64,000 bases of DNA from an uncultured Pseudomonadota bacterium (GTDB lineage: Bacteria > Oederibacteriota > Muellerivitia > Muellerivitales > Muellerivitaceae). The translations under genes were made by a program, and so were the position numbers. The notes beneath the pieces were generated by a model. It saw only the letters and a program-made list of their open reading frames with translations. It did no database searches and was not told the DNA's origin. Below, piece after piece: positions 51,101-60,487 of the stretch (positions are counted from its first letter, which is position 1; every line of letters starts with the position of its first letter). The stretch lies in the NCBI GenBank assembly GCA_963836235.1, contig CAWIIP010000001.1, positions 160,001 to 224,000 of the forward strand, in the 5' to 3' direction.

Positions 51101-51580
51101 CAGTCCAACGACTGGAGCTTTGCTCCTAACACGAGTTACACCAACGCGCCGCAGGTAACGGGATACCTGGGTGGGGCACTGGTTTGGGGCGAACAGCCGG
51201 TGGGAGCTCCGGCAGCGCTGTCGGTCTCCAGCGTCTTGGTTTTCCCGAATCCCTCGACGGGGAACGGTACGACCCTTTCCTTCAACTTTTCCGGAAGGCG
51301 CGGTGGACCCAACGGATCCTTGTTGTCGGATGCCAGCCCGCTGTTGCTGGATCCCAACGCCAAGATCACCTTGGGCATCTATAGTTTGGCCTGGAGGCTC
51401 ATTTGGACTCAGACTTTGACGGGCGGGGCCTATGGGACGACAGGGAACCATGATCTTTACTGGAACGAGAGGGACTTCAATGGCGCGGGATTGGCCAATG
51501 GGGTCTATATCCTCAAAGTGACCGTGGAGTCCAAAGGACAGACCAGCTCGGCACTATCGAGGATTTTGATTTTGAAGTAG
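48200..51580 (+). CDS. GH30 glycoside hydrolase + malectin (CBM57) + Pro/Thr linker + CBM3 + CTD
   Basis: YQTISGFGAS, QNEPD, WCTE and YSKFIRPG. Malectin RVNAGG...YQVTLKLAE...RVFNIAING. CBM3 and CTD follow. Confidence 0.88.
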   Translation: MALNKMKALTLALWVFCFAPAIWAQNVTVTSGTTYQTISGFGASSQWDNSFSSSLADTFWSDDSSQPPSSQVNGHAGLSILRLGIDDSGNGNWGSQCAFATQALGINKNVRVFGSPWSPPAKWKNNNSVDGNNTGSDNFNPGSNSNQLNSGNYGNYASYLTSFATACKNTYGFTPYAISVQNEPDYDPSYDACLWSPSAIDTFVGSYLGPDLNAAGFNNIVMIPESFADNLTGANTAMGDSNAAKYVKVIGMHLYGGGPNTIPSSYSTTAGHAVESWCTEVSEKTSDNNIDSGVFYAGELHSCIVDHNYNAYCYWWLVPTGTDDEGLCDNSGNPTKRLYTIGNYSKFIRPGYVRIGATEVPSSGVSVSAYYSATDGKVVIVAINGNTGSSANVNFNYSDLNVSTVYPWVTSSSLNLVQQTAVAVSGGKFSYTLPAQSVVSFVASAGGGTPVPTFTPTPAPPTPTPIVASTWRVNAGGPAYTDTLGNVWAADENFNGGTTVASGGTITGTSDSTLYDTQRYGTFSYSFNVPAGSYQVTLKLAETYSGDFSSGTRVFNIAINGTTVASNLDIFAQVGSNTADDKVFNNISPSGGVITITFTGGTSTDVNAVVEALQVIPQPATPTATRTATSTATSTSTSTATSTPTRTNTPVPPTATFTVTSTTTATPSSSPTSTWTSTDTPVPPTATKTNTPVPPTPTNTSVPPTFTDTPAPPTATGTNSPVPPTFTNTPLPPTATITNSPVPPTTTFTQTPLPPTATWTNSPVPPTATNTAVPPTATNSPVPPTATLTHTPVPPTSTFTAVPPTATFTLTPVPPTATFTHTPVPPTATFTLTPLPPTDTPTAVIASSSFTVKLLSGVTNGTTNSPHPFIQVVNTGTGPLSLNNVEVRYWFNCDCTTQSLQVWVDWAGLLPAGTSVTGDVVTSVVPTSLGGQTDYISYKFTGNLVLQPGQMIEIQSRFNKSDWSNMTQSNDWSFAPNTSYTNAPQVTGYLGGALVWGEQPVGAPAALSVSSVLVFPNPSTGNGTTLSFNFSGRRGGPNGSLLSDASPLLLDPNAKITLGIYSLAWRLIWTQTLTGGAYGTTGNHDLYWNERDFNGAGLANGVYILKVTVESKGQTSSALSRILILK
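50612..51439 (+). repeat. CBM3-CTD tail module, copy 3
   Basis: Near-identical to 44981-45808. Confidence 0.9.
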
Positions 51581-51600
51581 AAGAAAGGTAAAGGCTGGCG

Positions 51601-51660
51601 TGCCGTGGCAGGGAAGGGAAAACAACGGGCGTTGTTTGGGCACTCTTTCAGCCGCGGCTA
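51601..51660 (+). repeat. Three-tier stem-loop element, copy 2 (no U-tract)
   Basis: Shares ggaagggaaaa...aaacaacgggcgttgtttgggc with 36171-36232. The substitutions keep base pairing. Confidence 0.7.
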
Positions 51661-52079
51661 ACCCCAGACTTTTATCGAGGAAGATTTTCACCAAGAGGCC
51701 TGTGCTTTTCCAAGCTGAATTCCTGCCAAGACCTGCATAAGGCAAGTTTTTAGATAATGTCTCCAAGCAAACAATTCATTGCTTTGTGTTCCGCATCTGG
51801 TTTCACGATAAGTTGGAGAAAAGCTGAACTCGAAACGTTTTTTTATCGAAGGTTATGTTAATAAAAATTTATAACTCTTCCACCGTCAGATTTAATCTTC
51901 CCAAATCACGATTTTAAAAATCATCCGAAAATTCATTTATGGCAACATTTTTTTGTTAAACTCTTTACGCAAAAGAACCGACAAATTATTAGTGATAAGC
52001 AATTACAAAGGTCTGGGGATTATTTTAAAAATATTTTATTTTTTGACCCAAAAAATTTTTTGACAGCGAGGAGTCATCC

Positions 52080-52926
52080 ATGGGAACTGCCGTTCCACTG
52101 GAAAAAATAAGCTTTGACCGGCCCAAGGATCTGCCCGGCGTTGAAATTGTTCGTGCTGACCATACGACCCAATGCCTTCGACTTTTTAATCAAAATTACA
52201 TGGTGAACACGAATTTGTTTGTTGGCAATCCCCGTAAATATGGCAAGGGTCTCTATCGGGGGAAGATGCTTACGGGACAGGACGGTGACACCCTTTTTGC
52301 GGAACCGGGAGAAATTTACAATGTGAAATATATTTCGGATCCCGTATGCTTTCGGGCCCTATTCATATCACCCGAAACCTTCGAAAAAACCGCGCGGGAA
52401 ATGGGATCTCCCGGCCCGAGAGTCCATTTTAAAATGGCGATTACGGATCATCATGGCCTCTTCATGGTTTTTAAAAACCTTCACCTAAGCCTTGAAAAGC
52501 CGCACTCCGCATTGGAGCGGCAGAGCCGGTGGACCCATTGTTTGCACCTTTTGTTGGAAGTTGGCGCTGAAAAAGCCCCGCCCCCCAGTCCGAAAGGATT
52601 GCCCCGGAAAGCCATTTCGCGCGCGGTTGAATTTCTTCATGCCAATAGCACCGAGGATATCTCCTTAAAAGATATCGCCGCCGGCGGCTCGATTAAGCCC
52701 TTTCCACTTCTTGCGGGAATTCACGCGAGAAATGGGCGTGCCCCCCCATGTCTATCAAGTCCTATTGCGTCTCAAAAAGGCGCAGCAATTGCTCAGGTTG
52801 GGGATCAGTCCCTCACGAGCCGCGACGGACGAAGTCGCCAAGGTGTCCGTCTTCCTGGCCTCCAGCGCCGCGGATTACATGACCGGAACCACCCTGGTAG
52901 TGGACGGGGGGCGGCTCCTTACTTAA
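52080..52926 (+). pseudogene. Frameshifted AraC-family regulator fused to an SDR oxidoreductase C-terminal remnant
   Basis: One extra base near 52683; removing it restores [17 protein letters not shown]. After ~52827 the frame reads [28 protein letters not shown], an SDR tail. Confidence 0.8.
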
Positions 52927-53112
52927 ATCACGGTTTGAATTCCATGTTACTTATAGCAATTTCGTCCAATAAACCGGGAATCCGATTCATTAAACTTTCC
53001 GACAATCAACTTTACTTCACTGATATGCGGTCCTTGAAAGGATTCGCGTTTGGCCGGTTTGAAATTGAAAAATTTTCTTAAATAAAGACCGAGGTTGAAT
53101 TTGGTGGTTCCG

Positions 53113-53460
53113 ATGGATGAAAAGCGCCAGCAAGAGCGGCTTGATTTCCAAAAATGGGTTCAAATATTTCCGGTTCTTCCCTCGGGTCCGGGTTCCACTT
53201 GGGAGATTCAAGACAGTTCCATCGGCGCTTGGGCCAACAATATCAGCGAAGGGGGATTGCAGGTCGAGACCTGCCACCCCTTCAACCCGAATTTTCCCCT
53301 CAAATTAAATATCGAGTTCGAAAAAGGCCGTTTCGTGGAAACTTACGGAAAAATGATCTGGTCGCACGGCAACCATTGCGGAATTCGTTTTATGTGGATG
53401 GACGAGCGCCTGCGAAAATGCATCCAGTCGGTCCAAAAAATGAAAAATAATTCAAACTAA
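53113..53460 (+). CDS. Stand-alone PilZ domain protein
   Basis: RQQER (RxxxR), NISEGG (D/NxSxxG) and GIRF. Confidence 0.8.
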   Translation: MDEKRQQERLDFQKWVQIFPVLPSGPGSTWEIQDSSIGAWANNISEGGLQVETCHPFNPNFPLKLNIEFEKGRFVETYGKMIWSHGNHCGIRFMWMDERLRKCIQSVQKMKNNSN

Positions 53461-53727
53461 TTAAAACTCCAACTCCACCTTTTCGGCCGGCTTTTCACCG
53501 CCCCTTTGACTGGCTAACAGGCCCGGGGAGGGAAAGAGGGAATCGGTAGTCACCTTTCAGTCGGAAAATAGTCAGATTTGATGCTTTTTTCGCTTTGAAA
53601 ATCCGGGTCATTTTTTTTCCATTGTGGCCATTCCTTTTGTTTTATCGATCAAGTTATTTTTGGCATTTGATATGCTTTTCTATTAGACCTTATCTATTTG
53701 GCTGTTTTTTTATGGAGGGCTTCACTT

Positions 53728-55305
53728 ATGGGAAAAGAATTGAAGGTTTTTGGCATTTGGATCGCCGGGTTATCGGCTTGCTTGATGGTGATGGGCGGTT
53801 GTGAAAAGACTTTTAAAACACCGACGGCGCCGGACCTTCCGGGAAGCCCCGCCGATATCTGGACCACTTCCGCAACTCCCCAAACTCCCAGTACCACCCC
53901 TACGATTATCGCCAGCCCCATCGCGACCAGTTCTTCAACGGGTTCTCCCACGGCGGCTGTCGGGACGCCCACGGTCGGAGCCCCCAGCCCCTCACCTACC
54001 CCGACTGTGGCTATCGTTCCACCCTCGGATACGCCATCACCCACTTCGGTCTTCACGAATACCCTGACGCCCACCCCGACAGCCACTCTAGCCGTTCCTT
54101 CTAATACTCCTTCGCCCACGAACACCGTCACGACGATTTTAACTCCCACTAAAACGAATACGGAGCTGTCGCCTTCGGTCTCACCCTCACTGGTCATCAC
54201 CGCGACGGCTTCCTCCACGCCAAGTGGAACGGCCTCCTTCACCCCCAGTTTGACCGCGACTTCCTCACCCACGGCAACGCCCACGGCCACGGCGACCTCC
54301 ACTTTTACACTGGTGTCGTCGGCGACGCCCACGGCCACATTGGGAACCTCCTCCTGGGTAGAGGCCGTCGCCTCCGCGCCCATGACCGACCGAATGTTCG
54401 CCGGGAACGTGGTCTACAACAATAAAATGTGGATTATCGCGGGGGGGAGTACTTGCGCCAAGGCGGGTTTGTGGAAGTCGGACGTTTGGTCCTCGCCGAA
54501 TGGAACCACCTGGACCCGGGCCACCAATGCCGCCGCCTTCGGTATCCGTTACGCCATGGGCGCGGTTGTGTTCAACAACCAAATGTTCGTCATCGGGGGT
54601 TACAACACCTCCTTGGGCTTCGTCAGCGACGTCTGGACATCCACCAATGGCTCCACATGGACCGAGATCCTGGCCGCGGCGCCCTTTACCCCCCGGTTTT
54701 TATTCGGCTGTCTGGTCTATAACAACCGCATCTGGGTCATCGGCGGGGACAACAACGACGGGGTGAACCCCCTGGCGGATGTTTGGAGTTCCCCGGACGG
54801 CATCAACTGGACCCAGGCGGGGAACCTGCCCACACCCCGGTCGGGCGCTTCCTGCGTGGTCTTTAACGGGGCCATGATGGTCATCGGCGGGGGTAACGCT
54901 AGCGGAGCTTTTAACGATGTCCTGACTTCCACCGATGGGGCCACTTGGACCGAAGCCAATCCCAGCGCGGCTTTTCCGCCCCGCTCCTATGCCGCTGCCC
55001 AGGTGGTCAATGGAACGGTTTGGTTGATGGGCGGGGCGGTTTCCTCGAACTTCAACGCCATCACCTCGTGCCTGGACGACGCCTGGAGTTCCACCGACGG
55101 CGTGAATTGGACCGAAAGAAACGCCACTTTGCCCTTTTGGCCCCGCTTCTCTCAAGAAAGCTTTTCCTTCAACAACGAATTTTGGGTGGTGGAGGGAGCC
55201 TGGTTCGCCGTGGGTGACTCGCAGACATGGAACGGCTCGACGGGCGGGAGCATGACCACCACCAACGAGGCCTTTTATCCCGACGACATTTGGCATACTC
55301 CCTAA
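53728..55305 (+). CDS. Lipoprotein with a Ser/Thr/Pro stalk and a kelch-like beta-propeller
   Basis: Lipobox MGGC, Thr-rich stalk and about six repeats of vvfNn.mwviGG...DVWSSpDG..W. Confidence 0.8.
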   Translation: MGKELKVFGIWIAGLSACLMVMGGCEKTFKTPTAPDLPGSPADIWTTSATPQTPSTTPTIIASPIATSSSTGSPTAAVGTPTVGAPSPSPTPTVAIVPPSDTPSPTSVFTNTLTPTPTATLAVPSNTPSPTNTVTTILTPTKTNTELSPSVSPSLVITATASSTPSGTASFTPSLTATSSPTATPTATATSTFTLVSSATPTATLGTSSWVEAVASAPMTDRMFAGNVVYNNKMWIIAGGSTCAKAGLWKSDVWSSPNGTTWTRATNAAAFGIRYAMGAVVFNNQMFVIGGYNTSLGFVSDVWTSTNGSTWTEILAAAPFTPRFLFGCLVYNNRIWVIGGDNNDGVNPLADVWSSPDGINWTQAGNLPTPRSGASCVVFNGAMMVIGGGNASGAFNDVLTSTDGATWTEANPSAAFPPRSYAAAQVVNGTVWLMGGAVSSNFNAITSCLDDAWSSTDGVNWTERNATLPFWPRFSQESFSFNNEFWVVEGAWFAVGDSQTWNGSTGGSMTTTNEAFYPDDIWHTP

Positions 55306-55441
55306 TAAGGCCCCCGTTTTTAAATCTTTATTCCTTTAGCAAAACTCAACGGAGCCGTTAGGTTAATCCGAACCCCGGCATGGGTGGTTTTTGGCCTCGT
55401 TTGAATATCTTGACGGCATCTATTATGAAAGCAATCCTCCG

Positions 55442-58400
55442 ATGAAACACTTAAAACGATACTTGGTTTTTCTCCTCCTGGCGGCAACATCGGGCGGCTG
55501 GGGTTTGGCCCAGGCCGCTTCTTCGAAACCGAATATTTTTGATAACGCCGCCCGCCCGCCCGCATTCCCATCCGATCCGAGAGCCAAACGCGACCGCTTC
55601 GTCAGGATGCACACCGAAATGCTGGATGCCATCAAGCCCCGGGATTTCCGTCCCGGTTTCCGTCCCCAAATCCATCTCAACTTGTTCGATGACGCGGATT
55701 ACACCATGGTCATGGAGCGTCAGGAAAATCGTCCCAAGGGCCGGGCGGTTTTTTCAGGCCACCTCCAGGGTATTCCGGGGAGCATGGCGGTATTGACCCA
55801 CCAAAAAGGCCTGGTGACGGGGCTTGTCTTCGTTCCGGGGCAGGGAACGTTTAAAATCCTGCCGGCGCCCAACGGCACCCACCGGATCATCGAAGTGGAC
55901 ATGGACAAGGGCACCTGTGGGGACGATCCTTCCCATCCTGACTTAGCTGACCCCAAGGTGGCGGCCGACATTCCCCAGGAGGGGATGCCGAACCTGATTC
56001 CCCTCAATTATCCCGCCGGATGCACTTTCGCCCTGAACCCCACCGTGGTGAACCTGGCCGTGGTTTACACGCCAGCGGCCTTGAGTGTCATGGGAAGCAC
56101 CGAAGTCATTGAATCCCTGATCGACACGGTGGTCTTTTACAACAACATGATCTATTACAACAGCGGCATCAACGCCCAGATGCAGTTGGTTTACACCGGG
56201 GAAGTGAATTACACCGAAAGCGGAACCATGTATACCGACTTGCCCAACATGGCGAATGGGAGCATTCCCGCCATCCAAACGATCCAATCCACTTATGGGG
56301 CGGTCCTGGTCAACATGCTGGTGGCGGGGACGGACCCGATCATGGGCCTGGGGGATTTGCCGGGTAATTACGCCATGGAACATGTAAGTTTCGCCGAAGC
56401 CATGCCCCACGAAATGGGCCATAACATGGGCTGTGGCCACGACACGGCTAACGGCGGGCCGGGAGTCTATCCCTACGCCTCGGGCAACCGATTCAACTCC
56501 CTTGGGGTCCAATACCGCACCATCATGGCTTACGCGCCGGGAGTCTATACCCCCTATTTCTCCAGCCCTTCCGCGGACTACCTGGGGGTGGCCACCGGGG
56601 TGGCCAATTCTACAGACAACGTCCGCACCATTAATACGATGGCCCCCTATATGGTTACCACCGTGCCGGCGGGAAGTGGTTTGGTCAGCCCTGCCGTCAG
56701 CATGAGTAGTCCTTCCGCTGGTTCGGTTTTTACCGGGCCACTCACCCTGGCGCTGACCGCGTCCGCTTCCGATATCACCGGAATCGCCCAGGTCGATTTT
56801 TTCGTGGACAGTCAGTACCTGGGTACTTCCACTTCCGCCCCTTATACCCTCAACTGGCCGCTGCCCTCATCGGGCAGCCATTTCCTCACCGCCCACGCTT
56901 TCAACGACGAGGGGACAGCCACTTTTTCCTGTCCGGTCAGCATCTATATTAACAACACCCTGCCTTCCCCTTGGGACGGCCAGGATATCGGCTGGCTGAT
57001 GCAACAGACCATCAGCCCATTGGAATTAAAGTACATGGGCAATTTGGGAAGCGAGACCTATTCGGGTGGGGTCTATACGGTCAATGGCGCGGGTGACGGT
57101 TTTGGAGTGGATTTGACCGGCGTTGAGTTGGACTCCTTTCATTTCACCAGCCAGCCTTCCTGTGGTTACACCAGCTTGACGGCCCGGGCGACGGGACTGC
57201 AAAACGGGGCTTCTTATGCCGAGGCTGGGCTCATGTTACGGGACAACAACACCAACGATTCGCCCTATTTTTTTGTGGGTTGGCTGAACGACGGCATTCC
57301 TGCCATTGCCTACCGGACCACCCAGGGTGGATCCACCAGCGCGAAGGGGGGAACCAACCCCGGAATCCCTGTTTGGTTCCAGGTTCAGCGGTCGGGGAAT
57401 AGCTTCACGGGCCTGGAATCGACGAATGGCTCCAGTTGGACCACCATTGGCACCGCCACCATTAACATGTCGGCCAATGCCGGTATTGGCTTTGCGGTTT
57501 CCAGCGCCAACAACGCCGCCTTGGCATCAGCTACTTTCGACAACGTCTCCTTGACCATTTCCTGCGTGCCTCCCACGCCCACCTTCACCTTAACCCCCAC
57601 CATCACCCTCACGCCGACGGTGACGCCCACGGTCACCAATACTCCCACCATCACCCTCACTCCCACGGTTACTTTGAGCCCCACCTTTACCACTACTCCT
57701 CCCACCCCCACCGCCACTTGCCCGGCTGGTACGGGCCCCAATCTGAATTGGAGCACCATAGCCCCCATGCCGGGAGGCTTATCCTCCTTGGCTATCGGCG
57801 GTGTGAATGGAATCATGTACGCCGTGGGAGGCTTTAATAGCGTCTTTCCCGGGGATGATCATTCCAATCTTTTGTACGCTTATAACCCTTCGACGAATAC
57901 CTGGGCTACCTTGGCATCCATGCCTACGGAGCGGGCGGAATTGGGGGTGGGAGTAGTGAATGGGATTTTATACGCGGTGGGTGGATACAATGGCTACACC
58001 GCCTTGAGCACGGTGGAGGCTTATGATCCGTCTACCAATACCTGGTCCACCAAAGCGTCTATGCCCATCGCCCAAGCGCAATTCGCGGTGGGCGTCATTA
58101 ACGGCATTTTATACGCCGTGGGAGGACAGAATGGCAGTTTTGTGAATTCCGCGGCGGTGCAAGCCTACAATCCAACGACCAATACTTGGTCTTCCGAAGC
58201 CTCTCTTCCCACGGCAACTGCAGATTTAGCCGCAGGCGTCATCAACGGCATTTTATATGCCGGCGGTGGATATATCACCACCAGCTCAGGAACAGTGGTT
58301 ACGAACGCCTTTGAGGCTTACGACCCCTCGCTCAATACTTGGATCGCTAAGGCTCCTTTGCCGATGGACATTGCCGGCCATGGAATGGGGGCGATCAGCG

Positions 58401-59491
58401 GGATTCTATACGTGGTGGGTGGCGGTGGGGATGTCATCCCCTACTGGAATATGGTGGAGGCTTATGACCCATCCGCCAACAGTTGGAGCTATAAAAATTC
58501 CATGCCTACCATTCGATCAGCTTTAGCGGTAGGAGTTGTCAATGGAACGATCTATGCCGTCGGGGGTGAAAATACCACCTCAAACACCTTGACCACGAAT
58601 GAAGCGGCGACCATCGCCTGTACGGCCTTTACCCCGACCGGCACCCCGACAGCCACCAATACCAACACGCCTTTGGGTAACCCAACAGCGACACCGACCT
58701 CAACGCCAACCGTAACACCTACAGGCACTCCCACCGGAACCTCCACTATGACAGGGACATTCACACCCTCATGGACTCCCACACTTTCGCCTACCTTTAC
58801 CACCACCTCCACTTCGACCCAGCAGCTGGACGCCCCCTTGTCGACCGTCACGCCCCTGCCTACCAACACGCCTACTCTTACGGCCACTAATAGCCCGACC
58901 TCAACGGTGACTTCCACCTTCACCCTGACCGCCAGCGTTACATCCACTCCCAGCCCCACGCTCACCGGTACGCCGACCTCCACCGTAAGCATTACCCCCA
59001 CTTCCACCCAAACCGGAACCCCTACGCCCACCCTGACCGCGACTATCACGCTCACCGCCACCACCACGCCGACCTTTACCTCGTCCTTCACCCCAACCCT
59101 TTCGCCCACCGTAACTTCAACCGCGACGGCCACACCCACCGCCACTGCCACCTCCACCGCCAGCATCACTTCGACGCCCACGAATAGCGCGACTCCGGTT
59201 GAAACGGGTGTCGTCATCGGGCCACCCTATCCCAACCCGGTCATCGGCTCAGGCCCGGTGTCCATCCAGGTGCAAGCTCCCCCCGGCTCCGAGGTTGCTT
59301 GGAGCGTTTTCACGACGGCTTTCCGAAAAGTTTGGGATCCCGATCCCGTTCCTGGGAATAACCCGGTCCTGGTTTGGAACCTGAAGGACAATTGGCAAAA
59401 CCCCGTGGCCGACGGGCTGTACTATATCAAGGTCGAAATTACGGGTCCGGTCAAGGAAACCAAAGTTTTGAAAGTGCTCTTGATCCGCTGA
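55442..59491 (+). CDS. Secreted reprolysin-like (M12B) metalloprotease + Ig + DUF1349-like beta-sandwich + kelch repeats + Thr stalk + CTD
   Basis: [11 protein letters not shown] zinc motif, TIMAY Met-turn, Ig VDFFVD, AGLMLR, kelch GILYAVGG...EAYDP and CTD YPNP...ADGLYY. Confidence 0.85.
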   Translation: MKHLKRYLVFLLLAATSGGWGLAQAASSKPNIFDNAARPPAFPSDPRAKRDRFVRMHTEMLDAIKPRDFRPGFRPQIHLNLFDDADYTMVMERQENRPKGRAVFSGHLQGIPGSMAVLTHQKGLVTGLVFVPGQGTFKILPAPNGTHRIIEVDMDKGTCGDDPSHPDLADPKVAADIPQEGMPNLIPLNYPAGCTFALNPTVVNLAVVYTPAALSVMGSTEVIESLIDTVVFYNNMIYYNSGINAQMQLVYTGEVNYTESGTMYTDLPNMANGSIPAIQTIQSTYGAVLVNMLVAGTDPIMGLGDLPGNYAMEHVSFAEAMPHEMGHNMGCGHDTANGGPGVYPYASGNRFNSLGVQYRTIMAYAPGVYTPYFSSPSADYLGVATGVANSTDNVRTINTMAPYMVTTVPAGSGLVSPAVSMSSPSAGSVFTGPLTLALTASASDITGIAQVDFFVDSQYLGTSTSAPYTLNWPLPSSGSHFLTAHAFNDEGTATFSCPVSIYINNTLPSPWDGQDIGWLMQQTISPLELKYMGNLGSETYSGGVYTVNGAGDGFGVDLTGVELDSFHFTSQPSCGYTSLTARATGLQNGASYAEAGLMLRDNNTNDSPYFFVGWLNDGIPAIAYRTTQGGSTSAKGGTNPGIPVWFQVQRSGNSFTGLESTNGSSWTTIGTATINMSANAGIGFAVSSANNAALASATFDNVSLTISCVPPTPTFTLTPTITLTPTVTPTVTNTPTITLTPTVTLSPTFTTTPPTPTATCPAGTGPNLNWSTIAPMPGGLSSLAIGGVNGIMYAVGGFNSVFPGDDHSNLLYAYNPSTNTWATLASMPTERAELGVGVVNGILYAVGGYNGYTALSTVEAYDPSTNTWSTKASMPIAQAQFAVGVINGILYAVGGQNGSFVNSAAVQAYNPTTNTWSSEASLPTATADLAAGVINGILYAGGGYITTSSGTVVTNAFEAYDPSLNTWIAKAPLPMDIAGHGMGAISGILYVVGGGGDVIPYWNMVEAYDPSANSWSYKNSMPTIRSALAVGVVNGTIYAVGGENTTSNTLTTNEAATIACTAFTPTGTPTATNTNTPLGNPTATPTSTPTVTPTGTPTGTSTMTGTFTPSWTPTLSPTFTTTSTSTQQLDAPLSTVTPLPTNTPTLTATNSPTSTVTSTFTLTASVTSTPSPTLTGTPTSTVSITPTSTQTGTPTPTLTATITLTATTTPTFTSSFTPTLSPTVTSTATATPTATATSTASITSTPTNSATPVETGVVIGPPYPNPVIGSGPVSIQVQAPPGSEVAWSVFTTAFRKVWDPDPVPGNNPVLVWNLKDNWQNPVADGLYYIKVEITGPVKETKVLKVLLIR

Positions 59492-59619
59492 TGTAATTAC
59501 GGCATAGAGTGCTCAACCACGGATGGATGAGCGATCCTTTTTAAAAACCCGCTGTAGTGTTTAAAACACCTTTATTTTAAATGTCCCTTAAAAATTGTTC
59601 GCAAAAAAACTTGAATTAC

Positions 59620-59639
59620 ATTACACCTTATGGTGTAAT
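59620..59639. promoter_or_regulatory. Palindromic operator overlapping the ArsR promoter
   Basis: ATTACACC-TTAT-GGTGTAAT lies just downstream of -35 TTGAAT (59611) and overlaps -10 TGTAAT (59634); spacer 17 bp. Confidence 0.7.
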
Positions 59640-59645
59640 ATATAC

Positions 59646-59978
59646 ATGGATCAACTGACGGATGTGCTGACGGCTCTTTCTCACCCTACCCGTCGGGCCA
59701 TCATTGGGCGGCTGGCGAAGGGGCCGGCCCGCTTTTTGGATGTGGCGAAGCCATTTGACACGGCGCTGAATTCGGTGACCAAACACTTGAAGCTGCTGGA
59801 AAGGGCAGGGCTGATCGAGCGCAAGAAACGGGGGAGGGAAGTCCTCATTTCTTTCCGGGGCGAACCCCTTCGGGAGGTGGCGATGTTGACGCATGAATAC
59901 GAGCGGTTCTGGAACAAAAAGCTCGACCAGTTCGAGCGGCATTTCAGGGACAAAAAGAAAAAGGAGAAGAAAAAATGA
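59646..59978 (+). CDS. ArsR/SmtB family regulator
   Basis: ALSHPTRRAI, TKHLKLLERAGLI and YERFW. Confidence 0.92.
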   Translation: MDQLTDVLTALSHPTRRAIIGRLAKGPARFLDVAKPFDTALNSVTKHLKLLERAGLIERKKRGREVLISFRGEPLREVAMLTHEYERFWNKKLDQFERHFRDKKKKEKKK

Positions 59979-60430
59979 AGAAATCCAAGAAGACGATTGA
60001 GCTGAAATTTGAAAGAATGATTCCGGCCCCTCCGGGCGAAGTGTTCGATGGGTGGTTGGACCCCAAAACCCCGGGCACTCCCTGGCACGAGAACGACAAG
60101 CTGCTCTTAAATCCGAAAGTGGATGGGTTCTTTTATTGGCTCACCCAGGGTACCTCCCATTACGGCCGCTTCATTAAGGTCCAGCGGCCGGCCCAGGTCC
60201 AGCATACCTGGATGTCCTGGTACACCTCGGGGGCGGAATCCATGGTCACGGTGACCTTCAAGAAAAAAGGAAAAGACACCTTGATGAAGCTCGTGCATTC
60301 CGGCCTGCCCAATAATGAATTGTCCAAGGCCCATAAGGACGGCTGGAATTATTTCCTCGATAAATTGGTGCAAACTTTCGTGGGTGGGTCGCCGGAGAGT
60401 GTAAAAGAACCCAAGGGGTGGCGTAAGTAG
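59975..60430 (+). CDS. SRPBCC/AHSA1 domain protein
   Basis: VFDGWLDP, HYGRF and LVHSGLP...HKDGWNYFLD. Confidence 0.88.
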   Translation: MKKSKKTIELKFERMIPAPPGEVFDGWLDPKTPGTPWHENDKLLLNPKVDGFFYWLTQGTSHYGRFIKVQRPAQVQHTWMSWYTSGAESMVTVTFKKKGKDTLMKLVHSGLPNNELSKAHKDGWNYFLDKLVQTFVGGSPESVKEPKGWRK

Positions 60431-60487
60431 GCCCAGCCTCTTTGTTGTCAGTGTAACCTGATGAGAAAAACGTAAAAGGGGGACAAC

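Noticed and set aside
52080-53081. 333-aa ORF as an intact AraC protein
   Set aside because: The sequence after ~52683 is out-of-frame read-through; the HTH continues in another frame.
34615-59217. Many minus-strand Val/Gly/Ala-rich or Arg-rich ORFs (e.g. 34632, 38575, 39355, 44263, 50050, 58552)
   Set aside because: They are antisense shadows of the Thr/Pro codon repeats in real plus-strand linkers.
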